The notes: generated by a model from the sequence alone, not told the origin. DNA of 32,000 nt from Candidatus Methylomirabilis limnetica (GCF_003044035.1 NZ_NVQC01000020.1:76358-108357), one strand, 5' to 3'; positions 9,211 to 17,539 are shown, numbered from the stretch's first letter. Numbers and translations are program-made.

Positions 9211-9873
9211 TCAGTTCTTTGGCGGCTTCGGTAGGCGGATGGTGGGGTAGTTGGCTGTCAACCAGTGGCCAATTCCCCCCGGGACATTGCCGGCCCTTGG
9301 GAAGCCGTGGTGAAGCAGGATGCTGGCCGCCGTGCTGCTGCGCACACCTTCTTCGCAGATCAGGACGATGTGTCGACGGCGATCGAGTCCGTAAGTCTGC
9401 TGCCAGATTTCTGCAAGCGAGATGAGCAGCGAGCCTTTGATATAGCCCAGCTCCCACTCGAACGGCTCCCGCACGTCGATCAGTATCAGTTCATCGTCCG
9501 GAGCGTTCAGGCGTTGCCAGAGATCCGAGACAGACACTTGTGACAGTTGGACCAGCGGCAATCCTGCGTGGTCCCACGCCTCGGCGCCTCCAGTGACGAT
9601 TCCCTGGAGAGGATTTCGATCCACCCACTGGAGCGCATCAGCCGCGGCCTCAGCAACACCCTCCTCGCCGGAGAGGAGTATGATCGGGGGACCGGGTGGG
9701 ATCGCGGTCGCGACGCGCTCAGAGAGGCTTTTACGACTGAAGACGATGTTGATACTGCCCGGAATATGGCGTGACGCGAACTCCTTGTGCGGGCGCAGAT
9801 CGATCAGCAGCACGCCTTCGTCTAATGCGCTCTTTGCCTGATGTGGCGTCAACGTCGGTATCTCGCTTGGCAT
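9211..9873 (-). CDS. Tandem-rhodanese sulfurtransferase
   Basis: There are two rhodanese modules. The C-terminal module has the active loop LICEEGVRSS (Cx5-R/S-type), while the N-terminal module has Ser in place of Cys (LLSGEEG). The ORF is open to 9972, but MPSEIPTL (9873) is the likelier start. Confidence 0.75.
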   Translation of the reverse strand: MPSEIPTLTPHQAKSALDEGVLLIDLRPHKEFASRHIPGSINIVFSRKSLSERVATAIPPGPPIILLSGEEGVAEAAADALQWVDRNPLQGIVTGGAEAWDHAGLPLVQLSQVSVSDLWQRLNAPDDELILIDVREPFEWELGYIKGSLLISLAEIWQQTYGLDRRRHIVLICEEGVRSSTAASILLHHGFPRAGNVPGGIGHWLTANYPTIRLPKPPKN

Positions 9874-10149
9874 CGCGCTCACGCTGGTTGAGGGAAGATT
9901 ACTTTGCACATTGTGCCTTACCTCCGTGTGGAGCTTCTCCTGTGTGGAGTATACCCTGACTACGCTTGTCAATGCTATTAGGGCACACCGGCTGTTTCGT
10001 GACCGAGTAGAGGGATCCCTCTGAGGGGTGTCTTGGAGCTTTACAGTCCGGTTGAAACCCTTTATACTTCACTGCGTACGAAGGGTTCAAGCGGAATGTG
10101 GTCGAATATGTATTCACATGGAATCTAAGATCGCTCTTCGAAAGACGCA

Positions 10150-10389
10150 ATGGCGAAAAAACGCATACACTTAACGTTTACCGGTAAGCTGGCCGAGGAG
10201 CCGATCCTGTGGCAGCTTAGTCAGACCTTCAACGTGGTCTTCAATATTCGCCAGGCCGACTTTACCGAGGGAATCGGGTGGATCATGGCGGAGCTTGAGG
10301 GAGACCCTCAGCCGCTTGAGAATGGGATTACGTGGCTGGAGGATCATGGTGTCCATGTGGCGCCCATCGAGCAGGACGTCGTCTCTTAA
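10150..10389 (+). CDS. Stand-alone NIL-domain protein (paralog 1)
   Basis: The protein is 79 aa. The pattern LTF.g....EPILwqLsq.F.VvfNIrqA......G....eLeG.......gi.wL...GV.V matches the NIL domain known from MetN C-termini. Confidence 0.6.
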   Translation: MAKKRIHLTFTGKLAEEPILWQLSQTFNVVFNIRQADFTEGIGWIMAELEGDPQPLENGITWLEDHGVHVAPIEQDVVS

Positions 10390-10620
10390 GGAGATCGAGT
10401 CCTTGATTGTTGCTTGATAGGTAGCTGCTCAGGTGTTTAGGCTGAAGGCTGTAGGCTGTTAGCCGTTGCGCATGGACCAAATCAAGGCGCCTAGAACCTT
10501 TTCGGTCTCCATCATTTTCGCGTCGCATTCGGAAAACGCCTGGCTCATCGGTGCGCGTTCCTACAGTCTAAAAGATTACAGTCTATCTACCTAAGTAGTT
10601 ACCGGTGAAGGGACCATGTG

Positions 10621-10857
10621 ATGCCAAAACGGATGATCACACTCATCTACCCACAGGCACTGATCAAAGAGCCGGTGATCTATCGTCTTGCGCGTGAATT
10701 TAAGCTCATTCCTAATATTCGCCGGGCGCGAGTGACGGAGCAGGCAGGCGAGGTCATGCTGGAGTTGGACGGCGAGGAGGAAGCGTTGAATAAGGGGATT
10801 GCCTACCTGGCCGGTTTAGGGATCAGGGTGGAGCCGACTCCGGAGAAGGGACGCTGA
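10621..10857 (+). CDS. Stand-alone NIL-domain protein (paralog 2)
   Basis: The sequence LIYPQALIKEPVIYRLAREFKLIPNIRRARVTEQAGEVMLELDGEEEALNKGIAYLAGLGIRVE has the same architecture as 10150..10389. Its stop is 1 nt before the ThrC-like ATG. Confidence 0.6.
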   Translation: MPKRMITLIYPQALIKEPVIYRLAREFKLIPNIRRARVTEQAGEVMLELDGEEEALNKGIAYLAGLGIRVEPTPEKGR

Positions 10858-10858
10858 G

Positions 10859-12121
10859 ATGGCGCAGGTGAAAGGATTGAAGTGCAGGGAGTGCGGCAGA
10901 CCATATCCCGCTGAGCCTCTGCATGTCTGTGAGTTCTGTTTCGGGCCTCTTGAGGTCGATTACGATTACGACGCACTCCGCGGTACGCTGACCAGAAAAG
11001 CGATCGAGGCTGGACCGCCCAGCATCTGGCGATACAAGGCGCTGCTGCCGATCGAGGGAGAGCCCGTGGTCGGGAAACATTGCGGGATGACGCCCCTCGT
11101 GAGGGCCAAGAACCTGGCGCGCGCGTTAGGCATGCGGGAGGTCTATGTCAAAAACGATACCGTGAGCCATCCCACCTTTTCATTTAAGGATCGGGTGGTG
11201 GCGGTAGCGGTGACTAAGGCCGTGGAGTTTGGCTTCAAGGTGGTGGCCTGTGCCTCTACCGGCAACCTGGCAAACTCGGTGGCGGCCCACGCCGCCGAAG
11301 GGGGGCTTCGAAGCTTCGTCTTTGTGCCGTCCGACCTGGAGCAGGGCAAGGTGCTGGGCACCCTGATCTACAACCCAAAGCTGGTGGCCGTGGACGGCAA
11401 CTACGATGAGGTCAACCGTCTGTGCAGCGAGATTGCCGATAAATATGGATGGGCCTTTGTGAACATTAATATCCGGCCTTACTACGCTGAGGGCTCCAAA
11501 ACCTTTGGGTACGAGATCGCAGAGCAACTTGGCTGGCGTGCGCCCCAGCACATCGTTGTGCCGGCCGCGGGGGGTTCGCTGGTCACGAAGATCTTGAAGG
11601 GGCTTAAGGAGTTCGATCGACTCGGCCTCCTGAATGGCGGCTGCGCTACGCGGATGCACGTGGCCCAGGCGGAAGGGTGTGGCCCCATTGTGACCGCTAT
11701 CAAGGCGAACAGCGAGATCATTAAACCGGTCAAGCCAAAGACAATCGCCAAGTCGCTCGCCATCGGGAACCCGGCGGACGGCTACTACGCCTACAAGGTC
11801 GTCAAGGAGAGTGGTGGCCACGGGGAACATGCCACAGATGAGGAGATTGTGGAGGGTATGAAGCTGTTGGCCAGCACTGAAGGGATCTTTTCCGAGACCG
11901 CCGGCGGGGTGACGATAGCGGCGGCCAAACGGCTGATCGAGCAGGGGCGAATCCCCAGGGACGAAAGCCTGGTCCTCTGTATCACCGGCAACGGGCTGAA
12001 GACCCAGGAGGCAGTCGCCTCATCACTGAAGGTTCGGCTGCACATCAAACCGACCCTTCGAGCGTTTGATGAAGCGATGGTCTCTCATGGAATCGACGTC
12101 ACGTCGAGAACAATGGACTAA
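10859..12121 (+). CDS. Threonine-synthase-family PLP enzyme with N-terminal Zn ribbon (candidate carrier-dependent homocysteine/Cys synthase)
   Basis: CRECG...CEFCFGPLEV forms the zinc ribbon, HPTFSFKDR contains the PLP lysine, and the protein has a ThrC-like fold at 420 aa. A MoaD/ThiS-like carrier follows directly. Confidence 0.8.
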   Translation: MAQVKGLKCRECGRPYPAEPLHVCEFCFGPLEVDYDYDALRGTLTRKAIEAGPPSIWRYKALLPIEGEPVVGKHCGMTPLVRAKNLARALGMREVYVKNDTVSHPTFSFKDRVVAVAVTKAVEFGFKVVACASTGNLANSVAAHAAEGGLRSFVFVPSDLEQGKVLGTLIYNPKLVAVDGNYDEVNRLCSEIADKYGWAFVNINIRPYYAEGSKTFGYEIAEQLGWRAPQHIVVPAAGGSLVTKILKGLKEFDRLGLLNGGCATRMHVAQAEGCGPIVTAIKANSEIIKPVKPKTIAKSLAIGNPADGYYAYKVVKESGGHGEHATDEEIVEGMKLLASTEGIFSETAGGVTIAAAKRLIEQGRIPRDESLVLCITGNGLKTQEAVASSLKVRLHIKPTLRAFDEAMVSHGIDVTSRTMD

Positions 12122-12175
12122 AGCACGAAAACACGAGAGCGTATACGGCGAGCTATTATCGAAAGGAGCAGATTG

Positions 12176-12454
12176 ATGGGTGTGAAAGTGCGCATCCCGA
12201 CCCCTTTACGTGGTCTGACCAGCGGTCAAGGGGAGGTTGAGGGGCAAGGGGACTCTATTAATGAGCTGATCGAGAATCTGGAGCAGTCGTACGCTGGCCT
12301 GAGGGAGCGGATCTACGATGACTCCGGCAGCGTCCGCCGCTTCATCAATATCTATGTGAATGAGGAAGACATCCGATTTCTGCAGGGGGTCTCGACGCAG
12401 CTCAAGCCAGGCGATCTTGTATCAATCGTTCCGGCCATCGCTGGTGGTTGCTGA
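12176..12454 (+). CDS. MoaD/ThiS/CysO-family sulfur-carrier protein with a C-terminal GG-Cys
   Basis: The size is about 92 aa. FINIYVNEEDIRFL...PGDLVSIVPAIAGGC-stop is a beta-grasp carrier signature with one residue after the di-glycine. Confidence 0.8.
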   Translation: MGVKVRIPTPLRGLTSGQGEVEGQGDSINELIENLEQSYAGLRERIYDDSGSVRRFINIYVNEEDIRFLQGVSTQLKPGDLVSIVPAIAGGC

Positions 12455-12463
12455 GAGGAGCTC

Positions 12464-13018
12464 TTACTTCGAGGTCAGATTAAACCGTTTGATAATCTCA
12501 GCGCTGAGGTCGAGGTTCTTGTCAAAGTACAAGACACCAGGGCGCCGCGCCTCCAGGATGACGGAAAACCCTTTTTCGGTGGCGTAGGCTTTCAGGATGA
12601 GATCGATCTGGCTGGCGAGTTTCTGGATGCTCTCTGTCTCGGCATTTTTCAGTTCCTCCGTCTTATCTTCTAGTAGGCGTTGAAAGTTTGCTTCGTCGCG
12701 CTCCAGCGTTGCGGCACGGTGCTGCCGCTCCGCGGGGGTGAGTCGGGACGTTGCCGCCTCAAGATCCTTCCGACGCGCGAGTAGCTTTGCCTCCTCGGCC
12801 TTCATCTCTTTCGTCAGCTTCTCGGCAAGTTTCTCCAGCCGCGCCTTGGTGGCTTTACCGGCTTTGGACCCAATGGCTACCTCTCGGAAGTCCAGTATGC
12901 CAATCTTTAGAGGTTCTCGGCCGGATGCTGCCAATGGAACGGTAAGGATGAGTCCGGTGCTCAGACAGACGACGGAGCACCGGGCAAAGAAATCCGTAAT
13001 ACCTGACCTTCTTGTCAT
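12464..13018 (-). CDS. OmpH/Skp-family periplasmic chaperone
   Basis: The protein has a signal peptide, a long charged coiled-coil region (KARLEKLAEKLTKEMKAEEAKLLARRKDLEA...) and the C-terminal GFSVILE...VLY..n.DLS..II motif. Confidence 0.7.
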   Translation of the reverse strand: MTRRSGITDFFARCSVVCLSTGLILTVPLAASGREPLKIGILDFREVAIGSKAGKATKARLEKLAEKLTKEMKAEEAKLLARRKDLEAATSRLTPAERQHRAATLERDEANFQRLLEDKTEELKNAETESIQKLASQIDLILKAYATEKGFSVILEARRPGVLYFDKNLDLSAEIIKRFNLTSK

Positions 13019-13551
13019 TGTTTCCTCTCGTGGCGAAGTTCTTCCAGCCGTCGCTTCATACTGTCCACCGCCTGCTTCGTCTTAGCCTGTAAGGCAGGAG
13101 ATCCCTCCTGAGCGATAGACGCCGTTAACTCTTCCAAGTGGGAGGCGTAGAGGTGTGAAATATCGGTCAGTCGCCTCACCAATCCCTCGCCAATAGGGTC
13201 GGGATTGCCGCGCTCATGGTAAGTGACGCCTGCTGAGTCGAGTTGGAAGTGCTCCACCCAGTGAAGTGCTCCCTTATACCAATGCAATCGAAGGAGTTGG
13301 GCCTGGCACCGCCGGTTTACCGGCTCTAGCCGCAAAAGATCAGTGGCCTCGAGATCTGCCGGTTCCCGTTGTAACTCCGGGGCTCTGGTGATCTCATACG
13401 CATGGCGCCAACTCATGCCGACCGTAAGCAGATCGTACATCGTGCCATAGAGGAGCGGTGCTTTGTAATCAGCAGCCCGGCTGACTGCCGGGTAGGTGAA
13501 CAATAGACACGCGCAGATGGCAAAAGGTGCAAGCAGCCGCTTCATTCCCAT
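13015..13551 (-). CDS. Hypothetical secreted protein
   Basis: A signal peptide is present (MGMKRLLAPFAICACLLFTYPAVSRA). Its stop overlaps the skp start (ATGA). I recognise no family. Confidence 0.45.
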   Translation of the reverse strand: MGMKRLLAPFAICACLLFTYPAVSRAADYKAPLLYGTMYDLLTVGMSWRHAYEITRAPELQREPADLEATDLLRLEPVNRRCQAQLLRLHWYKGALHWVEHFQLDSAGVTYHERGNPDPIGEGLVRRLTDISHLYASHLEELTASIAQEGSPALQAKTKQAVDSMKRRLEELRHERKQ

Positions 13552-13616
13552 GAGCTAAGTTACTGTCCTTATCCGGCATCTGCCGGCTGGAACGCGAGGC
13601 CAGGAACCTGGTTCAG

Positions 13617-14069
13617 TCAGAGGGCCAAGCGGCCAGGCAGAGGCGTTGGTGGCATTGGGGCTGACTGCGACCGGGGGGTGGCCCGAAGCCGGCGGTCGGT
13701 CTGCTCAAAGATGAGAGGTGGCCACCAGGTTGACCAGGTCAAGACGCCCGACAAATCGCCTTGGGTCAGGACTTCCACCTGCGATTGTTCGGCCCCCATG
13801 TCCCGAACAGCGACGTGAACGATCTCCCCCATGCTCTGTTCCCGGTACGCGGTGGAGAAGTACATGAGACGCGGATTTGAATGACTCGGCACCAGGTCGG
13901 TCGGAAAGAAGTTGAGGTCTCGAAGCGCCTGGTTCACGACTACGAGAATTTCCATGGCAGGGCGCGGGTAGGATTTGACCTCTCGGCTCGCGCCGGGAAA
14001 GCCTGCGCAGCCCGCCATCGCCAGGAAGAGCAACAACATCAGATATTGTCGGTAGTTTCGGTAGCTCAT
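13617..14069 (-). CDS. Hypothetical lipoprotein
   Basis: The lipobox LAMAGC follows a hydrophobic N-terminus. I recognise no family. Confidence 0.45.
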   Translation of the reverse strand: MSYRNYRQYLMLLLFLAMAGCAGFPGASREVKSYPRPAMEILVVVNQALRDLNFFPTDLVPSHSNPRLMYFSTAYREQSMGEIVHVAVRDMGAEQSQVEVLTQGDLSGVLTWSTWWPPLIFEQTDRRLRATPRSQSAPMPPTPLPGRLAL

Positions 14070-14089
14070 AGCGTATCCTTATGGCCCGC

Positions 14090-14521
14090 TCAGGTCGAGC
14101 GCTTGAGAACCACGGCAATCTCGCCCTGGATCCGTTCGGAGGCGGGGCGATCACCGAAGGTCCCGACACGAACCCGAACCGAGGTCACATCTCTAGTGAC
14201 CGGTAAAACGGTGACCGTGACGGACGTACCGTCTAATTTCACTCCAACTGCCTTGGCGCTGATCTGGTCTTTCTGCGTTTCTGAGACGGCGACATGCATC
14301 GTCCTTAATGCGTGGAGTGTTGCGTCCCATACCGTGTTGTAAGGAGCGGCGTGGACCTGCTCCATCTCACCCCTGGCATAGTTGGTCCCGGCTACGCCAC
14401 CGGTCGCACCCACACCCATGAGGACCATGGGGCACCCTTGCAGGGCCCCAGCCAGTACCAGGAGGAGCATCAGTGCGATCCATTGAGACGCAACAGCCTG
14501 GCTCATTACCCTTCTCCTCAT
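14090..14521 (-). CDS. DUF3568-like lipoprotein
   Basis: The lipobox is ALQGC. The sequence GATGGVAGTNYARGEMEQVHAAPYNTVWDATLHALRTM...VRVRVGTFGD resembles the DUF3568 pattern as I remember it. Confidence 0.5.
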   Translation of the reverse strand: MRRRVMSQAVASQWIALMLLLVLAGALQGCPMVLMGVGATGGVAGTNYARGEMEQVHAAPYNTVWDATLHALRTMHVAVSETQKDQISAKAVGVKLDGTSVTVTVLPVTRDVTSVRVRVGTFGDRPASERIQGEIAVVLKRST

Positions 14522-14634
14522 ACGTCTCTGTCTGCACCGTCTTGCTTAGCCAGCCACCAGGCCAGCAGGATCGTCAGTGCCATTAACACTGGTGTGATGC
14601 CATATGCGAGGGCAATGATTACGATCTGTCGCAT
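14518..14634 (-). CDS. Unlisted 38-aa single-TM ORF, translationally coupled to the DUF3568-like gene
   Basis: Hand translation gives MRQIVIIALAYGITPVLMALTILLAWWLAKQDGADRDV-stop. The TGA (14520-14518) overlaps the ATG (14521-14519) of the next gene. The ORF is below the 60-aa cutoff of the ORF track. Confidence 0.35.
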   Translation of the reverse strand: MRQIVIIALAYGITPVLMALTILLAWWLAKQDGADRDV

Positions 14635-14665
14635 ACCTGTCTTCCCACCAAGGGTGATCTGCAGA

Positions 14666-15658
14666 CTATGCGGCGCTTGCCACAGGGCTTGTATGCGAGG
14701 ATAGTCCGTTCTCCATGCTGGCGCGTTCTCTAATGAGCTCCTGAGGCAGGCCGAAATTCACCTCCTCCCTGATCGATTCGATCTCCTCGATATCGGTCAC
14801 GCCCAACTTCCTGAAATAGCTGACGACTCCCTGGACCAAATGCTCGGGGGCTGAGGCGCCCGCTGTGACCCCAATGACCCGCGTGTCCTCAAGCCACGCA
14901 GGATTGATCTCGCTGACATCATCGATCAGGTAGGCCCGAACCCCTACCCCTTTGGCGACCTCGATCAATCGCTTGGAGTTAGAGCTGTTCTGTGAGCCGA
15001 GGGCCAGAATGAGGTCAACACGTGAGGCCAGTTCTTTCAGTGCGGTCTGCCGGTTCTGAGTCGCATAGCAGATATCTTCCTTAGATGGAAAGGCCAGATC
15101 CGGAAACTTCCGTCTGAGGGCCTCGATGATCCCAGTAGTGTCATCCAGGCTGAGCGTGGTTTGCGTGATGACCGCCACTTTGGTGGGATCGGGAACGTTT
15201 AGCTCCTCCAACTGCTCCGCTGACCCAATCACGGTGATGGCGTCCGGTGCTTCTCCCGTCGTTCCGATCACCTCATCGTGTCCTTTATGGCCGACCAGGA
15301 TGATAGAGTGGCCTTCCTTGGCGAACTTAATCGCCTCGTTGTGGACCTTGGTGACCAAGGGACAGGTGGCATCGACGACCTTTAACTGTTTGGCAGCGGC
15401 CTGGGTACGCACCTCCGGTGAGACCCCGTGGGCGCTATAAATAACGAGCGCACCATCGGGAACCTCATCGAGTTCATCGACGAAGATTGCCCCCTTTTGC
15501 CGGAGTTCATCCACCACGTGCCGGTTATGAACGATCTCCTTCCGGACATACACCGGCTCGTCATACAAATCGAGAGCGATCTTGACCACATCGATAGCGC
15601 GGTCTACTCCGGCGCAGAACCCTCTCGGCGCGGCGAGAATCAGCTTTTCAACGGCCAC
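14666..15658 (-). CDS. ispH: 4-hydroxy-3-methylbut-2-enyl diphosphate reductase
   Basis: APRGFCAGVDRAI, VHN and a conserved layout across the whole length are present. There is a short C-terminal extension. Confidence 0.9.
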   Translation of the reverse strand: MAVEKLILAAPRGFCAGVDRAIDVVKIALDLYDEPVYVRKEIVHNRHVVDELRQKGAIFVDELDEVPDGALVIYSAHGVSPEVRTQAAAKQLKVVDATCPLVTKVHNEAIKFAKEGHSIILVGHKGHDEVIGTTGEAPDAITVIGSAEQLEELNVPDPTKVAVITQTTLSLDDTTGIIEALRRKFPDLAFPSKEDICYATQNRQTALKELASRVDLILALGSQNSSNSKRLIEVAKGVGVRAYLIDDVSEINPAWLEDTRVIGVTAGASAPEHLVQGVVSYFRKLGVTDIEEIESIREEVNFGLPQELIRERASMENGLSSHTSPVASAA

Positions 15659-15821
15659 CAGAATACCTCGCGACTCATATAGCTTCCTTTACCCTTAATT
15701 GATGTGGAGTACGGACATGGCAGACATCATAGCAGGGGAGAGCCACGCTGTCAAAACGTCGCCTTCTCCCAAGAATAGATTGACGCGCAACCCGTTCATC
15801 GGCATGTCATTCCAAATGTAG

Positions 15822-15842
15822 GGGCGGGGTTAATCCCCGCCC
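15822..15842. repeat. GC-rich 8-bp hairpin element (GGGCGGGG-TTAAT-CCCCGCCC)
   Basis: Positions 15822-15829 pair perfectly with 15835-15842. The element is intergenic and belongs to the same class as the other small hairpins in this window. Confidence 0.45.
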
Positions 15843-16054
15843 GTTGATCGGGAGGGCGTAAGGTCCTCCCCTCCATCTCCTGGTACATGCTCTCCGCCAT
15901 AATCGCGATCCTCTTGCCTTTGAGCCCCATCGAATTCTCCTGAAGTAGCGCGCCGACGCGTCAGGTGACCTTCGCAACGCCATCACCATCGCCCGCTTTC
16001 GCTCTGCCAGTCAGGGGAGAGTCGCGCGCTGGGGTGTGGCTGTGGGAATGAGCC

Positions 16055-16083
16055 TTGACAGCGGTATGATCGAACGATATAAG
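16055..16083 (+). promoter_or_regulatory. Sigma70-like promoter for the HAD hydrolase gene
   Basis: TTGACA (16055-16060) is followed by a 17-nt spacer and TATAAG (16078-16083), about 40 nt upstream of ATG 16122. Confidence 0.35.
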
Positions 16084-16121
16084 GGCATGGGTAATGTGAT
16101 CTCCATCCAAGGGGGGGAACG

Positions 16122-16817
16122 ATGGCGCTAAAGGCCGTCTTGTTCGATGCCGGCAACACCGTGATGCTCATCAACTACGGCGTAGTGGTCGAGGCTTTGG
16201 CGGCCGAGGGGTTAGATGTCGAGGAATCGGCAGTGCGGGAGGCGGAGTATCGCGCCCGAGTGCGTCTCGATTCGATCCTGGCCCAGCGCAACTCCACCGA
16301 AGCGCCGCAGATCTTCCAGACGTATATGCGCTTTGTCTGTGAGGGCTTGGGTGTGCCCTGGGGGGCAGCCGCCGAGTCGGCCCTTTGTCGGATCTCCGAG
16401 TACCACCGGGAGTATAACCTCTGGAACCAACCCAATCCTCAAGCCCATGCTGTCCTTCAGGCGCTGCAAGGCCACGGGCTTACGCTTGGCATGGTCTCGA
16501 ATTCGAACGGTTGGGTCGAGCGGCTTGTGATGGAGAGCGGGCTGCGTTCGTATTTTCATTTCGTGATTGACTCGCGGCTGGTTGGGGTGGAAAAGCCTGA
16601 TCCCAGGATCTTTCAAATCGCGCTGGACCAAGTCGGGATCAGTCCCGCCGAGGCCCTCTACATCGGCGACCTCTACTCCATCGATGTCGTGGGGTCGAGA
16701 GCGGCAGGCATGCGCGCGATACTGCTCGATCCTGCCGGCCTGTGGGACCATGTGGACTGCCCCAAGGCACGCGACCTGTCAGAAGCCGCCGACCTGGTCC
16801 TGATGCAGCTTTTGTAA
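16122..16817 (+). CDS. HAD-superfamily hydrolase (subfamily IA, REG-2-like variant)
   Basis: Motif I is VLFDAGNTV, motif II is VSNS, and motifs III/IV are KPDPRIF...IGDLYSIDVVGSRAAGM. Confidence 0.75.
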   Translation: MALKAVLFDAGNTVMLINYGVVVEALAAEGLDVEESAVREAEYRARVRLDSILAQRNSTEAPQIFQTYMRFVCEGLGVPWGAAAESALCRISEYHREYNLWNQPNPQAHAVLQALQGHGLTLGMVSNSNGWVERLVMESGLRSYFHFVIDSRLVGVEKPDPRIFQIALDQVGISPAEALYIGDLYSIDVVGSRAAGMRAILLDPAGLWDHVDCPKARDLSEAADLVLMQLL

Positions 16818-16849
16818 ACTACAGCCTCGTCAAGAGCCCACCGCCAATC

Positions 16850-17539
16850 TCAGTCTTCCTGCTCACTGAATAAAAATCGCCGCGTATGGGGAGCCACGGA
16901 GGTCTCGGTGGTTGCCAGATCGTGCTGAAGCCTGGTCAGGTCCTCTGGTGTATCCACGTCGAACCAGGGCGGGAGGGTTGCAACCTGTAAGCGTTGCGCC
17001 GCAGCGCGGCGGAGTGTCTCGTCGAGGACTTTGGGGCCACTCCACGGTATGTCATCGAAGAGCGCTCGGCAGGGGCGCTTGAGCCCGATAAGGTAATAGC
17101 CTCCGTCCTCTGCGGGACCGAGCACAAGGTCTGTGGTCCCACTCTGAAGTCGCGTGACCGCATCCAGCAGGTAGGGCGTGGGCAGGGTCGGGCTGTCGCT
17201 GTCGATAAGGATGGCCGCCGGGTGGCCTCGTTCCAGGAGGATCGCAGAGAGCCTGTGAAGCCGGTCTCCAAGGCTTGAACCGGCTTGCGGAATCAGCGTA
17301 AAGGCCTCCGGCAAAAGCTCTAACATCGATTGCCTTGCCTTAATAGGTGTGTAGGCCAGGTACGGGTCAATTTCATGGAGCCTGGCCACCTGCAGCAGCT
17401 TATCCAGCAGGAAGCACCGGTACAGTTCGGCCGCGCTCTCATAGCTTAATGGCGGTACGAGGCGCGTCTTGACCTGGCCTGGTTCTGGTGCCCTGGCCAT
17501 CACCGCGAGAGCATATTGTCGCATAGGACTAGCAGTCAT
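16850..17539 (-). CDS. DUF2064 / TIGR04282-type glycosyltransferase-like protein
   Basis: VMARAPEPGQVKTRLVPPL, LIDSDSPTLP, GPAEDGGYYLIGL and WFDVDTPEDL match the family pattern as I remember it. Confidence 0.7.
   Translation of the reverse strand: MTASPMRQYALAVMARAPEPGQVKTRLVPPLSYESAAELYRCFLLDKLLQVARLHEIDPYLAYTPIKARQSMLELLPEAFTLIPQAGSSLGDRLHRLSAILLERGHPAAILIDSDSPTLPTPYLLDAVTRLQSGTTDLVLGPAEDGGYYLIGLKRPCRALFDDIPWSGPKVLDETLRRAAAQRLQVATLPPWFDVDTPEDLTRLQHDLATTETSVAPHTRRFLFSEQED

Noticed and set aside
10009-10022. A perfect 14-bp palindrome AGAGGGATCCCTCT in the divergent rhodanese/NIL intergenic region, considered as a possible operator
   Set aside because: By my rough estimate, a 7+7 palindrome is expected about once or twice by chance in 32 kb. 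There is no second copy and no associated regulator gene in the window. I keep it only as a note.
10390-10617. The 228-nt gap between the NIL paralogs, and the 9973-10149 leader, examined for a SAM or other sulfur-related riboswitch
   Set aside because: I could not find the conserved SAM-I/SAM-II core strings or a convincing multi-stem fold by eye. Only the short TACAGTC repeats and one hairpin are reported. A covariance-model scan would be needed to settle this.
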